A stretch of 64,000 bases of DNA. It comes from Paludibacteraceae bacterium. Its GTDB lineage: Bacteria; Bacteroidota; Bacteroidia; Bacteroidales; Paludibacteraceae. The stretch spans positions 29,275-93,274 of the forward strand of contig JAZSGL010000091.1 in NCBI GenBank assembly GCA_045532735.1, given 5' to 3'. Under the pieces are notes generated by a model. That model searched no databases and was not told the origin of the DNA. It was given only the letters and a program-made list of their open reading frames with translations. Below are positions 32,812 through 41,348 of the stretch, piece after piece. Made by a program: the position numbers and the translations under genes. Within the stretch, counting starts at the first letter, position 1. The number at the start of each line of letters is the position of its first letter.

Positions 32812-34059
32812 ATGACAATTAATGATTACAAATTCGCTGGTAAGAAAGCGATTGTTCGCGTGGACTTTAATGTGCCATTGAACGAGAATGGACAAATCAC
32901 CGACGACACCCGTATCCGCGGTGCGTTGCCAACCCTCAAACACATCCTCGAAGAGGGTGGTGCGCTCATCATCATGAGCCACATGGGCAAACCAAAAGGC
33001 AAAGTGGTTGCTAAATATAGCTTGAAGCAAATCGTTGACGCTGTCAGCGCTGCACTCGGTACTCCTGTACAATTCGCAGAGGACTGCGCTAAGGCTGCTG
33101 ATAAGGCTGCTGCCCTCAAGGCTGGCGAGGTACTCCTTCTCGAGAACCTCCGCTACTATCCAGAAGAGGAAGGCAAGCCAGTAGGTATCGACAAAGAGGA
33201 TCCTGCATACGAGGAGGCTAAGAAGGCGATGAAAGCAAGCCAAAAAGAGTTCGCTAAGACTCTCGCAAGCTATGCTGACTGCTATGTAAACGACGCATTT
33301 GGTACTGCTCACCGCAAACACGCTTCTACCGCTGTAATCGCTGACTACTTCGAGGCTGACAACAAGATGCTCGGTTACCTCATGGAGAAAGAGGTACAAG
33401 CTGTAGATAATGTACTCAGCAACATCAAGCGTCCTTTCACCGCTATCATGGGTGGTTCTAAAGTTTCTACCAAGATCGGTATCATCGAGAACCTCATGGA
33501 CAAGGTGGACAACCTCATCCTCTGCGGTGGTATGACATATACTTTTGCTAAAGCTAACGGTGGCGAGGTAGGTAACTCTATCTGCGAGAACGACAAGCTT
33601 GAGCTCGCACTCGACATCATCGCACAAGCTAAGGCTAAGGGCGTGAACCTCGTATTGGCTACCGACTGCGTAGTAGCTGACGCTTTCTCTAACGACGCTA
33701 ACACACAAATCTGCTCTACAACTGCTATCCCAGAGGGTTGGGAAGGTGTGGATGCTGGTCCAGAGAGCCGCAAAGCATTTGCTGCTGCTATCGAGGGTGC
33801 TAAGACTATTCTCTGGAACGGTCCTGCAGGCGTATTCGAGTTCGACAACTTCGCTGCTGGTTCTAAAGCTATTGCTGAGGCCATCGCTACTGCTACTGAC
33901 AATGGTGCATACAGCTTGATCGGTGGTGGTGATAGCGTAGCATGTGTCAACAAGTTTGGCATGGCTGACCGCGTAAGTTATATCTCTACTGGTGGTGGTG
34001 CATTGCTCGAGGCTATCGAGGGTAAAGTACTCCCAGGCGTAGCAGCAATCAAGGGCTAA
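32812..34059 (+). CDS. pgk: Phosphoglycerate kinase
   Basis: [29 protein letters not shown] and STGGGALLE. Confidence 0.97.
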   Translation: MTINDYKFAGKKAIVRVDFNVPLNENGQITDDTRIRGALPTLKHILEEGGALIIMSHMGKPKGKVVAKYSLKQIVDAVSAALGTPVQFAEDCAKAADKAAALKAGEVLLLENLRYYPEEEGKPVGIDKEDPAYEEAKKAMKASQKEFAKTLASYADCYVNDAFGTAHRKHASTAVIADYFEADNKMLGYLMEKEVQAVDNVLSNIKRPFTAIMGGSKVSTKIGIIENLMDKVDNLILCGGMTYTFAKANGGEVGNSICENDKLELALDIIAQAKAKGVNLVLATDCVVADAFSNDANTQICSTTAIPEGWEGVDAGPESRKAFAAAIEGAKTILWNGPAGVFEFDNFAAGSKAIAEAIATATDNGAYSLIGGGDSVACVNKFGMADRVSYISTGGGALLEAIEGKVLPGVAAIKG

Positions 34060-34068
34060 TAAAATAAC

Positions 34069-34250
34069 GACCGTTCACTTCGTTCTCTGTTAGAGGTCGG
34101 ACCGTTCACTATCGCTCACTGTTAGATCGCGACTAAGTCGCTGTTAGACTCCATCAATCTAATATCTAACAGCCCATAGGGCGGTCTAACAACAAAGTGG
34201 TCTCTCAGGCGCTCTGCGCCGGTCTAACAGTACCGCAGGTACGGTCTAAA
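34069..34250. repeat. Array of CTGTTAGA / TCTAACAG words, each paired with a short GC hairpin, in two opposed arms
   Basis: CTGTTAGA occurs at 34087, 34119 and 34141. TCTAACAG or close variants occur at 34165, 34185, 34201, 34223 and 34245. The hairpins include gcgac-taa-gtcgc, gccc-ata-gggc, ggcgc-tct-gcgcc and gtac-cgcag-gtac. Confidence 0.8.
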
Positions 34251-34263
34251 AAAGAATTTTTTT

Positions 34264-34662
34264 ATGGAAATTTCAGGTAAGATTATACAAGTATTGCCAG
34301 AGCAAGGCGGCGTAAGCAAGACCTCTGGCAAGGAGTGGAAGATGCAGAGCTATGTGCTCGAGACCCAAGAGCAATATCCTCGTAAGGTGCACTTCGAGCT
34401 GTTTGGCGAGGATCGTATCAAAGCTAATCCATGCCAATTAGACGATATCGTGACCGTAAGCTTCGACATCGAGAGCCGCGAGTTTAATGGTCGTTGGTAC
34501 ACCTCTATCCGCGCATGGAAGATCCAACAAGGTGTGGTAGAGGCAGCTGTGGCTGCACCTGCTCCTGCTGTAGCTCCTACAGCCGTAGCTGCTCCACAAG
34601 CCAATGTAGCCACATTTGATGCTGCGGCAGGCGTGGACGAAACAACCGATTTGCCATTCTAA
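34264..34662 (+). CDS. DUF3127-family protein (OB-fold-like) with Ala/Pro-rich tail
   Basis: MEISGKIIQVLPEQGGVSKTSGKEWKMQSYVLET...RWYTSIRAWKI matches my memory of DUF3127 proteins in Bacteroidetes. Confidence 0.75.
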   Translation: MEISGKIIQVLPEQGGVSKTSGKEWKMQSYVLETQEQYPRKVHFELFGEDRIKANPCQLDDIVTVSFDIESREFNGRWYTSIRAWKIQQGVVEAAVAAPAPAVAPTAVAAPQANVATFDAAAGVDETTDLPF

Positions 34663-34718
34663 TTGGCTATAGGACGGCGTACCGCCTATTGGCTATAGGA
34701 CGCCCTTCGGGCTATTGG
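34662..34718 (+). repeat. ATTGGCTATAGGACG x2 plus a partial copy, each followed by a GC hairpin
   Basis: The word occurs at 34662-34676 and 34688-34702. The hairpins are ggcg-tac-cgcc and gccc-ttc-gggc. The partial gctattgg abuts the ATG at 34721. Confidence 0.75.
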
Positions 34719-34720
34719 TA

Positions 34721-35704
34721 ATGAAAAAGATCATCGGATGGATAATAGGATTATGTCTTCTAGCGGGTGGCGCTACGGTATGCGCCATCCGTTGGCAGGC
34801 ATGGTTTGGTAATCCAGCCGAACCAGAGTGGACTGGAGATACAATTACTCATCAGTTCATCACTATGAATAATGATAGTGTGTTGCACGCTCTACAGCGC
34901 GACACACTGTCTTTCATTTTGTTGGGCGATATTCATAATTCGCTCACCAATACAGAATTGTCGCGTCTCGTGGAGCGTCATCCTAATATACAATTCTATG
35001 CACAACTAGGCGACTGGATGGAGCGCCCATACCTCTACTACGAGCAGATGATGTACCAATCGCTGCAAGGCACGGGCCTAGAAACCTTGCCCGTAGTGGC
35101 TGTTCCGGGCAATCACGAGCACCTAAAAGGGATAGTGAAGACCCTGCCCAATCATTGGCTGGAGATATTCCCTAATCCGCAGAATGGTCCTGCTAGATTC
35201 TTAGGCACGAGTTACTATGTGGATTTTCCACAGTTGCGACTCATTGCATTAAATACGGATGGATTAATGTGGATGTCCGACTATACGCAAGTGGGATTTT
35301 GGCTCAAGAAAACCTTGCGTGAGGCAGGAGATAAATTCACCATCGTCATGATGCACCATCCTGTATATAGCACAGCCGATGGCCGAAGCAACCCTCTGAT
35401 ATGGTTGGCCTTCCATGGAGCTATGCGCGAAGCAGATGTGGTGTTCTCCGGACACGATCACAACTATGCGCGTCGCATAGAGCATTATAAAGCCCGCTTC
35501 TGGAAGAAAGAAGAACCCACTGTGTTTATCGGTACCAATGCATCGGATAAAACCTATCCTGTAAAATCTAAGGTAGAATATGACGCATCCTTCTCAGGCG
35601 AACCTGTATATCAGTATATCACAGTCACACCTAGCACTTTGCATATTCGCACCTATAAGTTCGCATCATTCGAACTAATTGATGAGGTGAGGATAGAGCG
35701 TTGA
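34721..35704 (+). CDS. Calcineurin-like metallophosphoesterase
   Basis: GDIHN, GDWMERP, GNHE, MHHP and GHDHNY motifs in order, with an N-terminal TM/signal segment. The ATG at 34721 was chosen over the TTG at 34715. Confidence 0.8.
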   Translation: MKKIIGWIIGLCLLAGGATVCAIRWQAWFGNPAEPEWTGDTITHQFITMNNDSVLHALQRDTLSFILLGDIHNSLTNTELSRLVERHPNIQFYAQLGDWMERPYLYYEQMMYQSLQGTGLETLPVVAVPGNHEHLKGIVKTLPNHWLEIFPNPQNGPARFLGTSYYVDFPQLRLIALNTDGLMWMSDYTQVGFWLKKTLREAGDKFTIVMMHHPVYSTADGRSNPLIWLAFHGAMREADVVFSGHDHNYARRIEHYKARFWKKEEPTVFIGTNASDKTYPVKSKVEYDASFSGEPVYQYITVTPSTLHIRTYKFASFELIDEVRIER

Positions 35705-35798
35705 GTTTAGTGTTTAGAGGACGCGGCTTTTTTTAGTTATGAACTATGAGTGATAAGTGATGAAGTTATAGGAGATTGGATATTTGAAATTAGACAAT

Positions 35799-35828
35799 AA
35801 AAATGGAGAGTGAGGCACTCTCCATTTT
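35799..35828. terminator. Bidirectional terminator between convergent genes
   Basis: atggagagtg / cactctccat, a 10-bp stem with a 3-nt loop, flanked by A and T runs. Confidence 0.8.
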
Positions 35829-35846
35829 ATGTATATGTATTAGAAT

Positions 35847-37295
35847 TTATGCCGCTTTCTTGCTAGGTTTGAGCAGGCATATCATACCAAGAGCAGTCAA
35901 GGCCGCGTTGAGGATCAGGCGCTCGTGTGAGAACTGATAGCCATTGAACCACACTACGGAATTCACATCAATGATCCATGTGATCACAGGCGCTGCAATC
36001 ACAGCGATTGGAATCCAGCGGTCGCGTACTTGACGCTTGGTGAAGATACCAAAGCAGAACATACCGAGCAATGGGCCGTAGGTGTAGCTAGCTACCTTAT
36101 ACACCGTTTGAATCACCGAATCATCATTGAGTAGGTGAATCACATAGATACATGCCGCCATCAGAATAGCCATACCAACATGCACCCAAGTGCGGATCTT
36201 AGTGAGGTTGTCGGCCTTCTCCTTGTTGAGAATATCCACAGTGAATGAGGTGGTCAAGGCAGTCAATGCGCCACCTGCTGCAGAGTAGGCTGCGGCGATA
36301 AAACCAATGATAAACAATACACCTACAATCACAGGGAAGTAGTTACCTGTCGCTAAGAATGGGAAGACATCGTCACCCTTGAGGTTGGCTACCTCCGTCA
36401 CACCCGTTTGTGCGGCATAGGTATAGAGCAGATAACCCAAGAAGAGGAAGAGACCAATCACTACGATTTGCATCAGTGCACCTACGATGAGGTTCTTCTG
36501 ACTCTCGCGTGGGTTCTTGCACGATAGGGTACGCTGCATGAGGTCTTGGTCAAGACCTGTAGTGGCAATCACGAGGAAAACACCCGCTAGGAATTGCTTC
36601 CAGAAATAGGTACCCTCCTTAGGGTTGTCAAAGAAGAAGGTGCGAGTCATATCACTAGCTCCCCAACCTTCGATATTCACGCCTGCACGCAGCACAAAGT
36701 AGATACAGAGTGCTACAGACAGGATCAGACAGCAGGTCTTCAGCAGATCGGTCCAGATGAGCGACTTCACACCACCCTTGAAGGTGCAGAGATATACGAT
36801 GAGCACAGTGATGATAGCATTCACCCAGAATGGTACTGGCACGGCCAATTTGTCGAATACTAGCAACTGTAGCACTTCGCTCACTACGAACAAGCGCACA
36901 CTAGCGCCGAGCATCTTGCTCACGAAAAAGAGCCATGCTCCTGACTTATAGGTGCTCATACCAAAACGCTGTTGCAGGTATTGGTAGATAGAGGTGAGAT
37001 TGAGCTTATAGTACAGCGGAATCAGCACATAAGCGATAAGGAACTGACCTACTGTGAAGCCTAGCACCATCTGCATGTATGCCCAGCCCGAAGTGGCTAC
37101 CATACCTGGTACACTGACAAAGGTAACACCAGAGATAGCAGCGCCGATTGTGGACATAGCTACCAGCAGCCAGTTGCTGCTACGGTTGCCTGAGAAGAAA
37201 CCGGCATTGTCGGCCTTACGCCCCGCCAAGTAGGAAATGAAAAACAGCAATGCAAAATAGCATGCGATGACTAATAAGATTGTTAATGGATTCAT
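35847..37295 (-). CDS. Sodium:solute symporter family transporter
   Basis: 482 aa, polytopic and hydrophobic throughout. The N-terminal pattern is SSF-like (AGRKADNAGFFSGNRSSNW). Confidence 0.8.
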   Translation of the reverse strand: MNPLTILLVIACYFALLFFISYLAGRKADNAGFFSGNRSSNWLLVAMSTIGAAISGVTFVSVPGMVATSGWAYMQMVLGFTVGQFLIAYVLIPLYYKLNLTSIYQYLQQRFGMSTYKSGAWLFFVSKMLGASVRLFVVSEVLQLLVFDKLAVPVPFWVNAIITVLIVYLCTFKGGVKSLIWTDLLKTCCLILSVALCIYFVLRAGVNIEGWGASDMTRTFFFDNPKEGTYFWKQFLAGVFLVIATTGLDQDLMQRTLSCKNPRESQKNLIVGALMQIVVIGLFLFLGYLLYTYAAQTGVTEVANLKGDDVFPFLATGNYFPVIVGVLFIIGFIAAAYSAAGGALTALTTSFTVDILNKEKADNLTKIRTWVHVGMAILMAACIYVIHLLNDDSVIQTVYKVASYTYGPLLGMFCFGIFTKRQVRDRWIPIAVIAAPVITWIIDVNSVVWFNGYQFSHERLILNAALTALGMICLLKPSKKAA

Positions 37296-37307
37296 ATATT
37301 CTTTAGA

Positions 37308-37355
37308 AGTTAGATTTTGGACCGCTGCGCTGTTAGACCGCCTGCGGCTGTTAGA
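37308..37355 (-). repeat. Three TCTAACAG-type words (18-bp period) in the namZ-like/symporter intergenic gap
   Basis: The plus strand reads AGTTAGA at 37308, CTGTTAGA at 37330 and CTGTTAGA at 37348. On the minus strand the words are oriented toward the symporter start. Confidence 0.7.
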
Positions 37356-38540
37356 TTATTCTTCGTAGAGGAGATATGGACGGCGTTGGTCTTTGAACTT
37401 CGCCACATCCTCTTGCCAGCGAGCTGCGATCTCTTCTTCGCTCTTGCCCTGATTGATCATCTTGCGAACATAATCCACACCTACTAAATACTCAAAGAAA
37501 GGACGGAAGAAATAGTTGTCCATATTCAGATGCTTGTATGCATCTAGTAGATAGCGCAGTGAGAAGCCCACCTTGCGTGCTTCCTCTTCGCTCATACCGC
37601 TTAGGTCCACGCCGTCGCAGATGCGGCCTTTCTGGGTGGATTGGTTAGGCGTGAAGGTGATAGCAGGTCCATATACGCTGGCCTCGGTACGAGGTGCATT
37701 GAAGTTAGGGTGACCATAGCAGAGGAATGGTTTGTCGGTGCCACGGCCCAATGATACAGGCGTTGCCTCAAACAGACATACCGCTGGATAGAGGTAGATA
37801 GATAGCATATTGCGCAGGTTTGGCGATGGCGCTACAGGCAGACGATAGAGGGTCTGATGGGTGTAGTGCTTACATGGGATGACCGTGAGATCCACTTGGA
37901 GGGAATCATAGAGCCAATACTCGCCGTTGATCATCAACGCTAGCTCGCCCAAGGTCATACCATGTACTACGGGTATTGGCAATGCGCCTACACCTGATTT
38001 GTGCTTCATATCTAGTATAGGACCATCCACATACCACCCATTAGGGTTAGGACGGTCGAAGACGATGAACTGCTTGCCATCATGTGCGCAAGCGTCCATC
38101 AGGCGGAACATCGTGATATAGTAAGTGTAGAAGCGGAGTCCTACATCTTGGATGTCAGTGATAAGGATGTCAAAAGTGGCCATGGCCTCCTTAGAGGGGC
38201 GATAGCTCTTTCCATCGTAGAGCGAGAGAATAGGTATGCCCGTCTTCTCATCCACGCTGCTAGCCACATGCTCGCCTTCACGAGCAGTGCCGCGGAAACC
38301 ATGCTCTGGGGAGAAGATGGCGGTAACCTCTACGCCATGCTTGAGCAAGAGGTCTAGGGTATGAATAGTGTCTTTGCCTTGGATCACGATACCCGTATGG
38401 TTGCTCAGTAGCGCTACGCGCTTACCCTTGAGCAGGGGGAGGTATTGTTTGGTTTGCTCTGCGCCTAATACTACACGCTCGGCATAAATGGTAGTCAAGG
38501 CTGCGCAAAGAAAAGCAAGAATAGTGATAATCTTCTTCAT
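37356..38540 (-). CDS. DUF1343 / NamZ-type exo-beta-N-acetylmuramidase (GH171-like)
   Basis: The hallmarks are LLSNHTGIV, FSPEHGFRG and DIQDVGLRFYTYY. The signal peptide MKKIITILAFLCAALTTIYA starts at the ATG at 38540. Confidence 0.85.
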   Translation of the reverse strand: MKKIITILAFLCAALTTIYAERVVLGAEQTKQYLPLLKGKRVALLSNHTGIVIQGKDTIHTLDLLLKHGVEVTAIFSPEHGFRGTAREGEHVASSVDEKTGIPILSLYDGKSYRPSKEAMATFDILITDIQDVGLRFYTYYITMFRLMDACAHDGKQFIVFDRPNPNGWYVDGPILDMKHKSGVGALPIPVVHGMTLGELALMINGEYWLYDSLQVDLTVIPCKHYTHQTLYRLPVAPSPNLRNMLSIYLYPAVCLFEATPVSLGRGTDKPFLCYGHPNFNAPRTEASVYGPAITFTPNQSTQKGRICDGVDLSGMSEEEARKVGFSLRYLLDAYKHLNMDNYFFRPFFEYLVGVDYVRKMINQGKSEEEIAARWQEDVAKFKDQRRPYLLYEE

Positions 38541-38570
38541 AGATTGTATTTTATATTGTATATAGCGGTA

Positions 38571-38578
38571 CAAAGGTA
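38571..38578 (-). promoter_or_regulatory. -7 box (TAccTTTG on the minus strand) internal to PUL2
   Basis: The plus strand reads caaaggta. It lies 31 nt upstream of the ATG at 38540. Confidence 0.5.
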
Positions 38579-38615
38579 CTACTTTTTTCAGAAATATGCA
38601 AATTATTACGGATGA

Positions 38616-39500
38616 CTATTCTAGGTCCTTAACCAGGCGAACTGCATTTCCGCCGGTTCGGTTGTCATAACCAATACCTGCGCCATCGCACATAAAGAGG
38701 AAATAACTAGCAAATTGAGGACCATAGGCAGCATGTGGTGACGAAGTCCAATACAGACCACCTAGTTGCATGTATGCGAGCATGGTACCTAAGCGGAATC
38801 CAGCACAGGGCAAGAAGACAGCTCCTGCATTTTGCATCATCGCCCATTCTGCAGCAGTGAATGATTGGTATTCCTCGAATGCCACAGAACTATATTCCTT
38901 GTCGCTATAGCCACTTTTGAAAGTGATTCCCTCGGGGGATTGCCAATTATCGGGTAGCAGAATCAAACCGTGTGATCCAGCTACAGAGCCTACGCCAATA
39001 AGCTGGGAGGCATTCTTGCGTTTAGCTCGTAGATACTCCCATTCGGCAGAAGTGAGCGTACGCCATGTATTGCCATCATCGATGGCGGTTCCCCAATCCA
39101 CAAAATTACCATTGAAAAGACTATTATCTTCGGATAGGGTCACGCCCCAAGCGGTAGAAGGATCGGTGTCGGTGCTCCATGCAAAGAGGTCGATGGTGTC
39201 AGCAAAAGCCTGATTCACCATATTACGAGTACCTATATACGCATATTGCTGAGCGGCAAACAGCCATGTGGAAGATGAGGGAATGTATTGTAGGTTGCCA
39301 GGAGCAAAGGCCACAGTCTTATTGCTAGCAACCGAGAAAACACCAATGGCCTCAGGCGCATCGGTGGAGAAAGTGATACTATCAATCTCTGAAATATGAA
39401 ATTCAATCGCTTCGTTATTGCGCCAAATAGTAAGGATATCCTGAGATGTAGCGGTCAATAAGGAAAATAAAAAACAAAAAGAGAGTGATATTTTTTTCAT
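38616..39500 (-). CDS. Secreted FISUMP/DUF1566-like (lectin-fold) protein
   Basis: Signal peptide present. The motifs WRTLTSAEWEYL, FLPCAGFR, GGLYWTSS and GNAVRLVKD match the Fibrobacter-paralogous/DUF1566 pattern. Confidence 0.6.
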   Translation of the reverse strand: MKKISLSFCFLFSLLTATSQDILTIWRNNEAIEFHISEIDSITFSTDAPEAIGVFSVASNKTVAFAPGNLQYIPSSSTWLFAAQQYAYIGTRNMVNQAFADTIDLFAWSTDTDPSTAWGVTLSEDNSLFNGNFVDWGTAIDDGNTWRTLTSAEWEYLRAKRKNASQLIGVGSVAGSHGLILLPDNWQSPEGITFKSGYSDKEYSSVAFEEYQSFTAAEWAMMQNAGAVFLPCAGFRLGTMLAYMQLGGLYWTSSPHAAYGPQFASYFLFMCDGAGIGYDNRTGGNAVRLVKDLE

Positions 39501-39566
39501 GATAGTTAATGTAGTGTAATATAGAGGCTGCCGTATGACAGCCTCTATATTTATTGTAGAAATGAA

Positions 39567-41303
39567 TTACTTAGCTTTAGGGAACTCAATAAGTGCGAAA
39601 CCACCCTTGGTAGCAGCGGTGAAGACTACGAGTTTGCCATCCACCTCAGCTGCGTTACATTGAGCAGCGCAAGCACCAACGGTCTTGTTAGCATCTGGCT
39701 CAGTAGGATCGAGTGAGTAGTGGTAGGTAGGCTCCCAGAAGATCTCCTCATCGTACAACATTTCAGACCACTTGATAAGCGCAGCCTTGGTGTCCACACC
39801 ATCGGTGATATCTTGCAAGAACAAACCAGGACCTGCACCAATACGCTTACCGTTGTTGTAAGGAGTAGAGAATACGAGGTAGCGACCACGGTTGAACATG
39901 ATCACATGAGGATCTACACCACTGCGTGGGTTCAAACCGCTCTCGGTAGCATCCAACTCGATATCCTCCATGAGGGATACACCATTAGCATCCATGAGGC
40001 GGATAACAGCCATATAGTGGCTCTTGAATACATATTGACCTGCCTCTGGAGTCTCGTTGATATAGCCATAGTATGGGAATGGAACATCGAGAATGATCTC
40101 AGTAGGATTAGAGAACTGATTGAAGTTGGTGATTTGTACACGGTAAACCTTCTCAGCAGAACCCTCTTGGCCGCAGAAGAATGCATAACCATTACCAGAT
40201 TGATCAATATTAACAGAAATATTATCTCCCAAACGAGCAGGAGCACCAATAGTGTCACCCTCCTCGGTTACGCCAAGTACGCCATCCCATGACCAAACCT
40301 CAGGAGCGGCATTAGCATCCGCATAGTGATAAACCTTGAGAGGAGCATCAGCATTAAGTGTAGTAGTGAGGTTACAGATATAGATGTGACCGTGGTTCAA
40401 GCTACCAGAGCTTACTACGTGTGTACCACCTTCGATACCAGTAGTGTTGAGAGCAATCTTGTTGCCTGCGTTGTCAGCCAAAAGGTCAGATACCTTGTAC
40501 AGGTGTGGGAACGCAGAACCATCGTCGTTGCGAGATACTACGAGTACGTGCTCGCCGTCGAAGTCAGTACCACGAGTATTCTCAGCTGCAAACTCAGCTG
40601 GAGCATTGCCCGTAGCTACAGAGAAATCGTGAACTACTGCTGCAGCGATATCTGCACCTGGGGTAGGAGCAGCCGCAAAAGTGATATCGAATACAGTCTT
40701 ACGACCCATGAATTCGATCTCCAATTGACCTGGGTTAGCAGCAGAGAGTTTGTCGTCTTGCATAGCGGTGAACTTATAAGAAGCGCGTGCAGGGATTACA
40801 GAGATCTTGCTAAACACAGCCTCTGCCTCCTCTGGCATACCGAGCGCTACAGCACCATCAAAAATCAATGCTTTAACCTCCTCACCAGTGGTGCCTTTTT
40901 TCATGTACAAAGCATCCAACATAGGATCAGATGTTGGGTCAAGAAGATTGATGATAACGGTGTACTCTTGCTCTTTGGTTCCATTGATGACCTTAATGGT
41001 TTGTACCAATTGTTTGCCGTCCTCAGAAGCACCTAATGTGAAATCATAGGTGTCTTTCTCTAATTTAGCACCCAAAGAAAGTTTTGCGGTAAATTGAATA
41101 GCTTCGATATTAGTCTCAGCTGCTACATCATTAAATGTAACTGTGTAGGTGGTATTGTCCACTTCACCAGCATATGTGGTGTTCTTGATGGAGATGGTCT
41201 TGATCAAAGCCTCTACTGTGTCTTCTGGTGTTGGCTTTGGTTTACAACCTACGAATAGTACGCTCAACATGGCGATACTAAGGAAAAAAAGATTCTTTTT
41301 CAT
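39567..41303 (-). CDS. PUL-encoded surface lipoprotein (Ig-like N-terminal domains, beta-rich C-terminus)
   Basis: Lipobox LFVGCKPKP. It occupies the SGBP position after SusD. No catalytic motif was recognised. Confidence 0.6.
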   Translation of the reverse strand: MKKNLFFLSIAMLSVLFVGCKPKPTPEDTVEALIKTISIKNTTYAGEVDNTTYTVTFNDVAAETNIEAIQFTAKLSLGAKLEKDTYDFTLGASEDGKQLVQTIKVINGTKEQEYTVIINLLDPTSDPMLDALYMKKGTTGEEVKALIFDGAVALGMPEEAEAVFSKISVIPARASYKFTAMQDDKLSAANPGQLEIEFMGRKTVFDITFAAAPTPGADIAAAVVHDFSVATGNAPAEFAAENTRGTDFDGEHVLVVSRNDDGSAFPHLYKVSDLLADNAGNKIALNTTGIEGGTHVVSSGSLNHGHIYICNLTTTLNADAPLKVYHYADANAAPEVWSWDGVLGVTEEGDTIGAPARLGDNISVNIDQSGNGYAFFCGQEGSAEKVYRVQITNFNQFSNPTEIILDVPFPYYGYINETPEAGQYVFKSHYMAVIRLMDANGVSLMEDIELDATESGLNPRSGVDPHVIMFNRGRYLVFSTPYNNGKRIGAGPGLFLQDITDGVDTKAALIKWSEMLYDEEIFWEPTYHYSLDPTEPDANKTVGACAAQCNAAEVDGKLVVFTAATKGGFALIEFPKAK

Positions 41304-41348
41304 GATTGTGAATTGATTAGTATTGTTTATAAAGTTGATGATTATACA

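Noticed and set aside
32797-33708. 303-aa and 195-aa ORFs antisense to pgk
   Set aside because: pgk is unambiguous on the plus strand, and the antisense frames have no recognisable features.
38616-39500. FISUMP/DUF1566-like protein as a diversity-generating retroelement target
   Set aside because: There is no reverse transcriptase, no template repeat matching its 3' end anywhere in the window, and no adenine-specific variability that can be assessed.
39720-41036. 190-aa and 236-aa plus-strand ORFs opposite the 578-aa lipoprotein gene
   Set aside because: The minus-strand gene has a proper lipobox start and fits the PUL operon. The plus-strand ORFs lack starts with promoter context.
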